Translations under genes and position numbers: made by a program
Sequence record: ON286972
Direction: 5' to 3' (one strand)
Length of the DNA: 64,000 nucleotides
From: Escherichia phage A4
In this document: positions 16,841 to 24,559 of the stretch, piece by piece
How positions within the stretch are numbered: position 1 is the stretch's first letter
Layout of the letters: every line of letters starts with the position of its first letter
Notes under the pieces: generated by a model
Databases searched by the model: none
What the model saw: the letters and a program-made list of their open reading frames with translations, nothing else
Told to the model about the DNA's origin: nothing

Positions 16841-17029
16841 ATGGAACAATTATCAAGTATTTTAGTACAAGATGAATACGGCAATCCAGGAAGTGCTATC
16901 ATTGTTCGGGGTAATAAGGCAACATTTGTTATTGCTGGTGGACCTGTACAGCGTAGCATTAAAAACAATGCCGTTACTATTAATAATGTACGCTATCGTT
17001 TAGATAAAGAATTAATTCATAAACTTTAA
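16841..17029 (+). CDS. hypothetical protein
   Basis: ATG 16841 after TGAGGAAAA SD. Confidence 0.65.
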   Translation: MEQLSSILVQDEYGNPGSAIIVRGNKATFVIAGGPVQRSIKNNAVTINNVRYRLDKELIHKL

Positions 17030-17115
17030 AAAAGTACTGGACAATAGATTATAGTACTGTATAATAGTTTACATGAAGGGGAGAAATGATTCTCCCCAGT
17101 ACTGAGGAAAGAAAA

Positions 17116-17328
17116 ATGCAAGGTCAACTAATCGTTCGTAAATGGTCTGATACTAACGAAAAACCGTGGGATGTACAATACATCGCCCCCAATGGTGAAT
17201 CCAGATATCAACCTGGCGTAACGCATAGTACTGAGCAATTCGCCGCTGCTCACCGTGAACGCCTGTTACAATCCATGCAGCAAGGCTTCGGTGAAAAATT
17301 CATCCAAGATCATTGGCTGAAAGATTAA
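17116..17328 (+). CDS. hypothetical protein
   Basis: ATG 17116 after TGAGGAAAGAAAA. Confidence 0.65.
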   Translation: MQGQLIVRKWSDTNEKPWDVQYIAPNGESRYQPGVTHSTEQFAAAHRERLLQSMQQGFGEKFIQDHWLKD

Positions 17329-17336
17329 AAAAGTAT

Positions 17337-17364
17337 TTGACAAAGTATCACAGTACTGTATAAT
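17337..17364 (+). promoter_or_regulatory. sigma70-like promoter
   Basis: TTGACA 17337-17342, TATAAT 17359-17364; hairpin GGGGAGAAGTTTTCTCCCC follows. Confidence 0.55.
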
Positions 17365-17415
17365 TAATTACATCAAGGGGAGAAGTTTTCTCCCCACCAT
17401 ATAAGGGTAACAGTT

Positions 17416-17505
17416 ATGCACATGAATCCGTTCATAGTAGTAATTGCAATCATTATGGCAGTACAGGCCGTATTAGTTTACTTAAGCAAAGCAGGAGTTA
17501 TCTAA
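17416..17505 (+). CDS. 29-aa hydrophobic peptide (single predicted TM helix)
   Basis: MHMNPFIVVIAIIMAVQAVLVYLSKAGVI; SD TAAGGG upstream. Confidence 0.45.
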   Translation: MHMNPFIVVIAIIMAVQAVLVYLSKAGVI

Positions 17506-17506
17506 A

Positions 17507-17680
17507 ATGATCCATGTAGAATTGTCAGTACTGAAAGATCTGTTTTATCGGATGGGTACTACTGGCGAATATCCGAAGGGTGATACCGCAAAACTTTTTG
17601 TATCACTCGACTTATGGCAACGCGAACAATTAGTAACGTCCTGGCGTAAAGGTAAAGCCGACAAGGGGGTCGTAGCATGA
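17507..17680 (+). CDS. hypothetical small protein (57 aa)
   Basis: ATG 1 nt after upstream stop; MIHVELSVLKDLFYRMG... Confidence 0.45.
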   Translation: MIHVELSVLKDLFYRMGTTGEYPKGDTAKLFVSLDLWQREQLVTSWRKGKADKGVVA

Positions 17681-17826
17681 AAGAATACATTTTCGAAGTT
17701 ACGTTTTTGGGTAAAGGTATGCATCAACTGATACGGTCCAGCGGATACAGTGTTAACCAGGCGTGGAATAACTTAAAACAAATGTACCCGAACGCTATCA
17801 CATATCGCAACCCTCGCGAGGCATAA
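17677..17826 (+). CDS. hypothetical small protein (49 aa)
   Basis: ATGA overlap; MKEYIFEVTFLGKGMHQL... Confidence 0.45.
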   Translation: MKEYIFEVTFLGKGMHQLIRSSGYSVNQAWNNLKQMYPNAITYRNPREA

Positions 17827-17835
17827 AATAAATTG

Positions 17836-17918
17836 AAAAAAGGGATTGACTCCGGTCAGTCCCTTTGCTATTATATACGCATAGACAAAAACTAGCCCAC
17901 CGGGTGCATAAATGTATC
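17836..17918 (+). repeat. composite hairpin/promoter/conserved-box module, copy 2
   Basis: Hairpin GGGATTGACTCCGGTCAGTCCC 17842-17863 (TTGACT 17846-17851), TATTAT 17869-17874, box AGCCCACCGGGTGC. Confidence 0.55.
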
Positions 17919-17974
17919 TATTGTTTGCTGGTGGCCTGTATTGTCTAGTACTGAAAACTATTTTAAAAAAGTAC

Positions 17975-18002
17975 TTGCATTGTACTTAGAATCAAGTATA
18001 AT
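17975..18002 (+). promoter_or_regulatory. class A promoter (first of tandem pair)
   Basis: TTGCAT 17975-17980, TATAAT 17997-18002. Confidence 0.55.
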
Positions 18003-18007
18003 GTTTT

Positions 18008-18085
18008 ACATCAGGACGGGGAATGAAACAAGTAACCCCGTTAAGTAGTCCAGGAGTAAGACATACGAAAACCTCCCCTGATAAA
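18008..18085 (+). other. conserved ~80-nt structured leader / candidate small RNA (copy 2)
   Basis: Near-identical to 8107-8185, with compensatory-looking changes. Confidence 0.4.
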
Positions 18086-18090
18086 ATAGT

Positions 18091-18118
18091 TTGACAATAG
18101 AAAGTAAACGAGTATAAT
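18091..18118 (+). promoter_or_regulatory. second promoter of tandem pair
   Basis: TTGACA 18091-18096, TATAAT 18113-18118. Confidence 0.55.
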
Positions 18119-18150
18119 ACTTACATCAACCACTGATAAGGAAACATAAA

Positions 18151-18426
18151 ATGCGGATTCTACTGACAGCTAACGAAATCGAACAAGTACTGACTACTAA
18201 CCTGCAAGACTGGAAACGTGAAGCAGATATCCAGGCGGTTCAATGGCTTAACGATAAGTTAACGCCGGATGACTTAAGCAAGATTGTAGATCCTCAATTC
18301 TACGAAGATATTCACGACACCGCGTTAAGCGTCGAGGATGTACTTGATAAGCACTACATTGATACTGATTTACAGGTTTACGGTCGTAAAAACTTTATCA
18401 CTATTCACGACATTTACAATACTTAA
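18151..18426 (+). CDS. hypothetical acidic protein
   Basis: 91-aa ORF; SD TAAGGAAA. Confidence 0.7.
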   Translation: MRILLTANEIEQVLTTNLQDWKREADIQAVQWLNDKLTPDDLSKIVDPQFYEDIHDTALSVEDVLDKHYIDTDLQVYGRKNFITIHDIYNT

Positions 18427-18513
18427 GTATTGACAAAGTATCTTAGTACTGTATAATAGTTTACATCAAGGCGGGGAAATGGTTCCCCTCCTAACTAAAA
18501 GAGAGAAATTAAA

Positions 18514-18696
18514 ATGGCTAAGTGCACTATCTGTAAGAAAGAAATCGTATTAGTTCCAAGTGCCCGTGAACGTGCCGCTCGGTTCGGTGGCAAAGCGTCA
18601 GACTATACAAAAATGTTTACTGCCCATGCAGATTGCCAGGTAGCAAAACGTTCACAAGAAAGCGTAGAATTAATGCGTAAACTTTCCAAAAAATAA
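18514..18696 (+). CDS. small Cys-containing protein, possible zinc ribbon
   Basis: MAKCTICKK...HADCQ; own promoter and GGCGGGGAAATGGTTCCCC hairpin upstream. Confidence 0.65.
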   Translation: MAKCTICKKEIVLVPSARERAARFGGKASDYTKMFTAHADCQVAKRSQESVELMRKLSKK

Positions 18697-18784
18697 GTAT
18701 TGACAAAGTATCTTAGTACTGTATAATAGTTTACATCGAGTGAGGGGAAACGGTTCCCCTCCTAACAAAGAGAGAGAAATAAAA

Positions 18785-19108
18785 ATGGCTATGATCCTTA
18801 CCCAGAAAGTAGAACTGAAAATTGTAACCTCCTTTGACATTAAAGTTAATCGGTGGACTGATTCACACGGCAATACTTACCACTCTTGCTACGTGTCTGC
18901 TTTGATTGGTGATCGCTGGGAGGATTTAGGACATGAAACCTTTACTTACGGTTACGGCACACAAGGCGAATACACGGGCTTGGAGATCATTAAAGAAACG
19001 GTTATAGGTTTCAACCCGAAAGAAAAAGTTATTCATCAAATAGAAAAAGAGATCAACAAAGAAATAACAGTTCGCTACAACGATGTAAAACGTAAGAAAG
19101 ATATGTAA
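18785..19108 (+). CDS. hypothetical protein, paralog of gene at 12938
   Basis: ATG 18785; shares GNTY, YGYG and terminal DVKRKKD with 12938..13282. Confidence 0.65.
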   Translation: MAMILTQKVELKIVTSFDIKVNRWTDSHGNTYHSCYVSALIGDRWEDLGHETFTYGYGTQGEYTGLEIIKETVIGFNPKEKVIHQIEKEINKEITVRYNDVKRKKDM

Positions 19109-19130
19109 TAGAATCCATTTAAAGTACTAT

Positions 19131-19159
19131 TTGACATTGCCCAGATAGTACTTTATAAT
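19131..19159 (+). promoter_or_regulatory. class B promoter
   Basis: AGTACTAT-TTGACA 19131-19136, 17 bp, TATAAT 19154-19159; the paralogous site near 7176 has a 13-bp spacer. Confidence 0.5.
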
Positions 19160-19203
19160 AGACTCTCGCTTGTAGTACTAACTTAACTAATAGGATGTAT
19201 ACC

Positions 19204-19599
19204 ATGATTACTAAATTCTACGCTACCCGTGAAGCTGCCCGTATTGTTGCACGCGAGGAAGGAGCAGCATTTAAAGACATGGGCACGACCGCACCGAAAG
19301 GTCAACGCTGGGCCGTACAGTTCAAAGAAATCTCTGATATTGTGAATTCACCTGAGCCAGTACTGACAGCAGCAGAACAGAAGAAAGCTGATGAACTGTC
19401 AGCAGTACTTAACGCTCAAGATGAATTTATCGCTGGTTCTGATATTAAAGTACAGGTAAATTCGAATGCATGGACTCACGCGGATCACCTGGCTAACCTG
19501 AAGCGTCCAAGTGAACTGATTCGCAACAAACGAGAGATCCGTCATGACCGCAAGGGAAACCGTGTTACCGTATACAGTAAACGCCGCCAGGTTATCTAA
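19204..19599 (+). CDS. hypothetical protein, paralog of gene at 7237
   Basis: MITKFYATREAARIVAREEGAAFKDMG...HDRKGNRVTVYS. Confidence 0.65.
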   Translation: MITKFYATREAARIVAREEGAAFKDMGTTAPKGQRWAVQFKEISDIVNSPEPVLTAAEQKKADELSAVLNAQDEFIAGSDIKVQVNSNAWTHADHLANLKRPSELIRNKREIRHDRKGNRVTVYSKRRQVI

Positions 19600-19621
19600 T
19601 AACTTGCAGTACTAACAACAC

Positions 19622-19646
19622 GGCGGGATCAGTTCCCGCCTTTTTT
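19622..19646 (+). terminator. rho-independent terminator
   Basis: Stem GGCGGGA/TCCCGCC, loop TCAGT, then TTTTTT. Confidence 0.7.
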
Positions 19647-19661
19647 ATAGGATAAACTAAA

Positions 19662-19916
19662 ATGATTAAGGTACAACTATCTAAAGATAATATCTTGCGG
19701 GTACACTATAAAGCCCCACAGAGAATCATCACAAAGGCCGTACAGCTTGCTAATGAGTTTATTAATGGTAATCTATTACCGAGGAAGTTAAGCAACGGAA
19801 AACTGCGTGTAATCGACGTGGACACCAACAACAGAATAGTAATCGAGAATACCGGAAAGATAAACCTATATGAACACCAACAATATAATAAGAAAATAAA
19901 ACTAATATCACGTTGA
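19662..19916 (+). CDS. hypothetical protein
   Basis: 84-aa ORF; SD TAGGA. Confidence 0.65.
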   Translation: MIKVQLSKDNILRVHYKAPQRIITKAVQLANEFINGNLLPRKLSNGKLRVIDVDTNNRIVIENTGKINLYEHQQYNKKIKLISR

Positions 19917-19970
19917 CAGTACTCAAATGTTTTAGTACTATGTATCTATACCAACACGGGGAGTAACAAA

Positions 19971-20189
19971 ATGAATTTATCTAAAGTCGAAAAGAAAACT
20001 ATTGATGTAGCTATCCAACATGGTTACACCTTTCGTAATGATTCACATTTTACCAATTTTCAACAAGGCCAACGAACTATTAAAAAACTAATTGACAAAG
20101 GTTTATTAGTTAAAGTAGATAACGGTAACGGCGTGGAGTATCAGCCAACACAAGACGCATTATCTTTAAAGAAATATGCAATTATCTAA
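19971..20189 (+). CDS. hypothetical protein
   Basis: 72-aa ORF; TTGACAGTACT promoter element and SD GGGGAG upstream. Confidence 0.65.
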   Translation: MNLSKVEKKTIDVAIQHGYTFRNDSHFTNFQQGQRTIKKLIDKGLLVKVDNGNGVEYQPTQDALSLKKYAII

Positions 20190-20254
20190 TTGACAGTACT
20201 CAAATGTTTTAGTACTATATGTACATACCAACACGGAATAACTGGAGAAACAAA

Positions 20255-20482
20255 ATGATTAATATCTTAGAACGCATCAAAGAAACTACTACGCTGGTGG
20301 ATCTACTCAATGTACTGACTTTTAAAGTAACTCGGTTTAGTACTCCTGAATTTATCAACCTCATTGATAGTAAAGGTGAATACCGCATCACTATTGAAAA
20401 TGGTCGTGCTAATGTATTCAGTACTAAATCAGGTAAAACCGCAATTCATTCAGTAATTGCAAATAAAACTGTTGCAATCTAA
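20255..20482 (+). CDS. hypothetical protein
   Basis: ATG 20255 after TGGAGAAA SD; upstream region duplicates that of 19971. Confidence 0.6.
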   Translation: MINILERIKETTTLVDLLNVLTFKVTRFSTPEFINLIDSKGEYRITIENGRANVFSTKSGKTAIHSVIANKTVAI

Positions 20483-20551
20483 TTAGTACTAACATATAAT
20501 AGTCACATCAAGGCAGGGAATACCTCCCTGCTATCTTAAAGAGTAAATGCA

Positions 20552-21136
20552 ATGCGTAATTATACTAAATTCATCCGTACACTGGGAGAAATGGAAACTA
20601 ACAAAGAGATCCTTACAGCTTGTCGGTTGGCTGGTCTGGAGATCATCGGGGCCGGATCATCCCGTATCGTATTCGCTTTAAATGATCGGTTAGTGATTAA
20701 GGTCGCTAATTGTGACGCTGGCGTAGAACAAAATGAAACAGAATGTAAGGTATGGAATTTTTTAGATTATGACCGCCCTCACCTTAAACAGTACTTTGCA
20801 AAGGTGCATATGCATTTATGCGATCCTGATAATATGTTTATCGTTATGGATCGGTTGAGTACTGCAAGTAAAGGCAGTGTAAAGCACGTAAACGCGTGCA
20901 ATGAATTAAAGTACAATATTAAACGTAATGCCATTGAACGCCAGCACCGCTTTGCTGATGCACTACAACACGTTGATGATACATTATCAACACTAACGAT
21001 AAGAGATATCAGAAAACAGAATATCGGCCAGGATCGTAATGGCCTTATTAAAGTACTTGATTACGGTTTAACCCGCAATATCTGGAATCAGTACTATAAA
21101 AAGCGTGATGTAGAAGCAAGTAAGGTAACACGATAA
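20552..21136 (+). CDS. putative protein kinase-like protein (minimal kinase fold)
   Basis: IGAGSSRIVF (Gly loop), VIKV (Lys), DIRKQN (catalytic-loop-like), DYG (DFG-like) in kinase order. Confidence 0.45.
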   Translation: MRNYTKFIRTLGEMETNKEILTACRLAGLEIIGAGSSRIVFALNDRLVIKVANCDAGVEQNETECKVWNFLDYDRPHLKQYFAKVHMHLCDPDNMFIVMDRLSTASKGSVKHVNACNELKYNIKRNAIERQHRFADALQHVDDTLSTLTIRDIRKQNIGQDRNGLIKVLDYGLTRNIWNQYYKKRDVEASKVTR

Positions 21137-21145
21137 AAAAGATTA

Positions 21146-21231
21146 AAAAAGGGATTGACTCCGGTCAGTCCCTTTGCTATTATATATTCATTGAGAGATA
21201 ACTCACTGACCCATAGGGTGCGGAAGTGTAT
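21146..21231 (+). repeat. composite hairpin/promoter/conserved-box module, copy 3
   Basis: Hairpin GGGATTGACTCCGGTCAGTCCC 21151-21172, TATTAT, box CCCATAGGGTGCGGAAGTGTATC. Confidence 0.55.
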
Positions 21232-21359
21232 CTATTATATAAGTATTCAGTACTGAAAACTATTTGATAAAAAGTACTTGCATTGTACTTAGAATCAAGT
21301 ATAATGTTTTATATCGAGAGGGGGAAATGGTTCTCCCTGGTACATTAAGGAATAAAATC

Positions 21360-21581
21360 ATGACTACAATGACTTGCATTCACGCTTCAAACCTGCTTAA
21401 TGATGCGGCCTTTAATGTTGATTCAGAATATCAATGTTATCGGGATGAAAATAAAAAAGTTTTTGTAGTTGATAATAATGGTTTCCATATTGAATTACAA
21501 TCCGGTTTCACTGGTGTTGATGGTAAATCAGTGTGGGGCGTACAGGATGATAAAGGCACATATCATTTTAAACGTAATTAA
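21360..21581 (+). CDS. hypothetical protein
   Basis: ATG 21360 after TAAGGAATAAA; class A promoter and hairpin upstream. Confidence 0.65.
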   Translation: MTTMTCIHASNLLNDAAFNVDSEYQCYRDENKKVFVVDNNGFHIELQSGFTGVDGKSVWGVQDDKGTYHFKRN

Positions 21582-21667
21582 GTATTGACAAAGTATATCA
21601 TCAGTACTGTATAATAGTTTACATCAAGGGGAGAATAGTTCTCCCCAATACAATAAGGAATAAAATC

Positions 21668-22075
21668 ATGTCTACTACTACTAATCTCGCTCGGAACATC
21701 ACTAACGATAAAAATCATGCTGCAATGGTTGTAGCTTACATTGAAGCTATGCAATTCAGTACTGTACATAATGATAACGGCGATTACCTGGAAGATTATG
21801 AGTTATCTGATGAAGCACGTCAAGCGGCGGTGATTGCATGTTCTCGCTTCATTGAGAAACACGGTAATGATCTGGAAGTAGTTCGCGGTATGTTTATTGA
21901 TTACGGTTATGAGCAAGCTGGTCATGATCTGTTCCTTACCCGCGAAGGTCACGGAACTGGTTTTTGGGATCGTGGTTTAGGTCACTATGGCGATGTATTC
22001 ACGAAGTACTGCGAAGAAATCAACGTTTGCGATCCCTATGTAGGCGATGATAACTTAATCTATATGGGCGAATAA
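21668..22075 (+). CDS. hypothetical protein
   Basis: 135-aa ORF; promoter and GGGGAGAATAGTTCTCCCC hairpin upstream. Confidence 0.7.
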   Translation: MSTTTNLARNITNDKNHAAMVVAYIEAMQFSTVHNDNGDYLEDYELSDEARQAAVIACSRFIEKHGNDLEVVRGMFIDYGYEQAGHDLFLTREGHGTGFWDRGLGHYGDVFTKYCEEINVCDPYVGDDNLIYMGE

Positions 22076-22164
22076 AAGTATTTGACAAAGTATATCAGTA
22101 CTGTATAATAGTTTACATCAAGGGGAGAATAGTTCTCCCCACACCAATAAAAGGAAACAAAATT

Positions 22165-22437
22165 ATGTCCAGCTACTCCGCTACTATGATCATTAAAGAT
22201 ATGAACGGTAATCCTACTTCTGCTGGTGGATCATTTGGAAACATTAATTTAGATGGTCGGTTATCCATGCAATCAGCCATCGATGCAGCGAAAGAAGTTT
22301 TTAAGAATGAATGTACTGTTAGTAAGCTGGATTATATGGGATTCGCTATCGAGAAAACTAATCGTTTTGTGAACTACAAAAATCCACTGATGATTGATAC
22401 TAACCTGAAAGCTAACGAAGTGGGGTACTTATTATGA
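22165..22437 (+). CDS. hypothetical protein
   Basis: 90-aa ORF; SD AAAGGAAA. Confidence 0.7.
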   Translation: MSSYSATMIIKDMNGNPTSAGGSFGNINLDGRLSMQSAIDAAKEVFKNECTVSKLDYMGFAIEKTNRFVNYKNPLMIDTNLKANEVGYLL

Positions 22438-22625
22438 CAGTAGAAGAAGTTAAAAAAGTACTGGCAGTACTACGCTATCATAATCATTGCAAGGTGAAGA
22501 ATGATCCTGATTATGTTGATTCATCCCTGGAGGAAGACACATTAAACGCAATAAGCCATATGCAAACATTAGCAAAGCGTATGACCGAAAAGAATAGACC
22601 GGACTATATCGGAAATAAAATTTAA
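22434..22625 (+). CDS. hypothetical protein
   Basis: ATGA overlap with upstream gene; 63 aa. Confidence 0.6.
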   Translation: MTVEEVKKVLAVLRYHNHCKVKNDPDYVDSSLEEDTLNAISHMQTLAKRMTEKNRPDYIGNKI

Positions 22626-22711
22626 AAAGTACTTGCATTGTAGTTAGATTAACGTATAATGTTTTACATAGAGCGGGGGAATAGTTCTCCCGCCAGTCCA
22701 GGAGATACACC

Positions 22712-22975
22712 ATGAACACTATCGAAATCACTATCAATGCACACGTATACGACAACGTAGCACTGCAAACTACTATGACCGCTAATGATACCAGTACTTT
22801 GCGGAATACTGTTATTAGTGCCGTATGTGCTGCAATCGGTGATGTCGCCCTGGAAAATGCAAAACACGTAAACGATGGTTTCACTATGTGCAAACGTGAT
22901 AACGCAAAACATATCATCGTGGAAGGTTACGGCGGTGTAGAATTTAATGTTTATATGAAAAAAGTACTTGCATAA
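22712..22975 (+). CDS. hypothetical protein
   Basis: 87-aa ORF; promoter and GCGGGGGAATAGTTCTCCCGC hairpin upstream. Confidence 0.7.
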   Translation: MNTIEITINAHVYDNVALQTTMTANDTSTLRNTVISAVCAAIGDVALENAKHVNDGFTMCKRDNAKHIIVEGYGGVEFNVYMKKVLA

Positions 22976-23042
22976 TAACTAAAACAAAGTATAATGTTTT
23001 GCATAGGGGGAGATATCCTCCCCCACTAAAAGGAGTAATAAA

Positions 23043-23267
23043 ATGGCTAACTTTGATGAACTGATGCGGGAAGTAGCTAACCTGGCAGAAGAGAAGAAAT
23101 CATTCGATTCTATCTATAACACCGCTCACCGTGATTCAGTACTGGCATGTAACCAGGATCAAAAAGATGAACTAATCGCCACCTATCATGAAGCATGGAA
23201 GTACTACCGACAATGGGAGAAAGAAGAAAGAGAGTCTACCATTGACGGCCTCAATAATCTAATCTAA
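23043..23267 (+). CDS. hypothetical protein
   Basis: 74-aa ORF; hairpin GGGGGAGATATCCTCCCCC upstream. Confidence 0.7.
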   Translation: MANFDELMREVANLAEEKKSFDSIYNTAHRDSVLACNQDQKDELIATYHEAWKYYRQWEKEERESTIDGLNNLI

Positions 23268-23343
23268 AAGTTTTATTTCAGTACTATTGACATAGCTTGA
23301 TAGTACTGATGTAATAACTTTACTAACTACAAGGGGAAACATA

Positions 23344-23601
23344 ATGGATCAATTCACACAATATCGGGTAAATCCTCAAGCTATGGCCTACGTAGAAGAC
23401 CATAAAACGTTACCAGTACTGCAACCAGTTAAAGGCCATATCTATCGTGCAATGTCGTGGAGTGCGGCCCAGGATGGCTATAAAACCGTAGCCGTGGGTA
23501 TGTATTGCGGTAATGGTGAATGGTTTGATCCAAATAATCCGGTAGCCATTGACAGTACTGAAAAAATGAAATGGGCCGACTACATCGAAGATATTTCATA
23601 A
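23344..23601 (+). CDS. hypothetical protein
   Basis: 85-aa ORF; class B-type promoter at 23287-23315. Confidence 0.65.
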   Translation: MDQFTQYRVNPQAMAYVEDHKTLPVLQPVKGHIYRAMSWSAAQDGYKTVAVGMYCGNGEWFDPNNPVAIDSTEKMKWADYIEDIS

Positions 23602-23691
23602 AAACTATTTGACAGTACTACAAGATAATGTATAATGTTTTACATAGAGCGGGGGAATAGTTCTCCCGCCAATAGTTTGGAGTTAAACATT

Positions 23692-23892
23692 ATGTCTATC
23701 GCTATCGCCCTGGTTGAAGTACTGAAAGAAGCTAAAGCCAACCTTATCGATGTACAGATTAAGGAATTGCAAAACGGCTTAATCGGCTGTACTTGTACCG
23801 CTGGTGGAGCGGCAGACTATCGAGAACACGAATCACTCGAATCACTGGTTCGGTATCTTACCATGATCGTTGATGATTGGAGAATCATCTAA
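23692..23892 (+). CDS. hypothetical protein
   Basis: ATG 23692 after TGGAG SD. Confidence 0.6.
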   Translation: MSIAIALVEVLKEAKANLIDVQIKELQNGLIGCTCTAGGAADYREHESLESLVRYLTMIVDDWRII

Positions 23893-23904
23893 CAAAAAAG
23901 AATA

Positions 23905-23986
23905 AAAAAGGGATTGACTCCGGTCAGTCCCTTTGCTATTATATACGCATAGACAAAAACTAGCCCACAGGGTGCATAGGTGTATC
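23905..23986 (+). repeat. composite hairpin/promoter/conserved-box module, copy 4
   Basis: Hairpin GGGATTGACTCCGGTCAGTCCC 23910-23931, TATTAT, box AGCCCACAGGGTGCATAGGTGTATC. Confidence 0.55.
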
Positions 23987-24137
23987 CAAAATATATAGTT
24001 AATAACGGTGAGTAACTATCTGCTGGTGGGGTGAAAACTATTAATAAAAAAAGTATTGACAAAGTATATCAGTACTGCAATAATGTATCTCGTAGGGCGG
24101 CAATGGTGCGACGGCCCACAAAGTTAGGAGATTCAAA

Positions 24138-24470
24138 ATGACTACTTCAATCGCTATCGTTAAAGCTTTCATCCGTACTAATGTTTCCTCTGTATTCATC
24201 GACGGCCTCGACCGTAACGTAGAATACTCAATCATTATCGCACAAACGGCAAACGGTTCTCGGTACATCCTGAATGATAGTGAAGCAAATCACTACTACT
24301 TCACTAAAGCCACTGGCTTTAAACGCATCGATGCTGATGTAGTATACGCTAAGATGAATAAGCTGGTAGATAAGATTAACGCTAAAGGTACTATAGATTT
24401 ACAGTACTGGACCGAAACCGATCCAGAATATGGATCTCACCGCTACCTGAATCCAGGTGTTAAAATGTAA
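24138..24470 (+). CDS. hypothetical protein
   Basis: 110-aa ORF; SD TAGGAGA. Confidence 0.7.
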   Translation: MTTSIAIVKAFIRTNVSSVFIDGLDRNVEYSIIIAQTANGSRYILNDSEANHYYFTKATGFKRIDADVVYAKMNKLVDKINAKGTIDLQYWTETDPEYGSHRYLNPGVKM

Positions 24471-24559
24471 AAAGTACTTGCATAGTACTTAGATTCAAGT
24501 ATAATGTTTTTCATAGAGAGGGGGAAATGGTTCTCCCTCCTAAATTAAGGAGTTTTATC

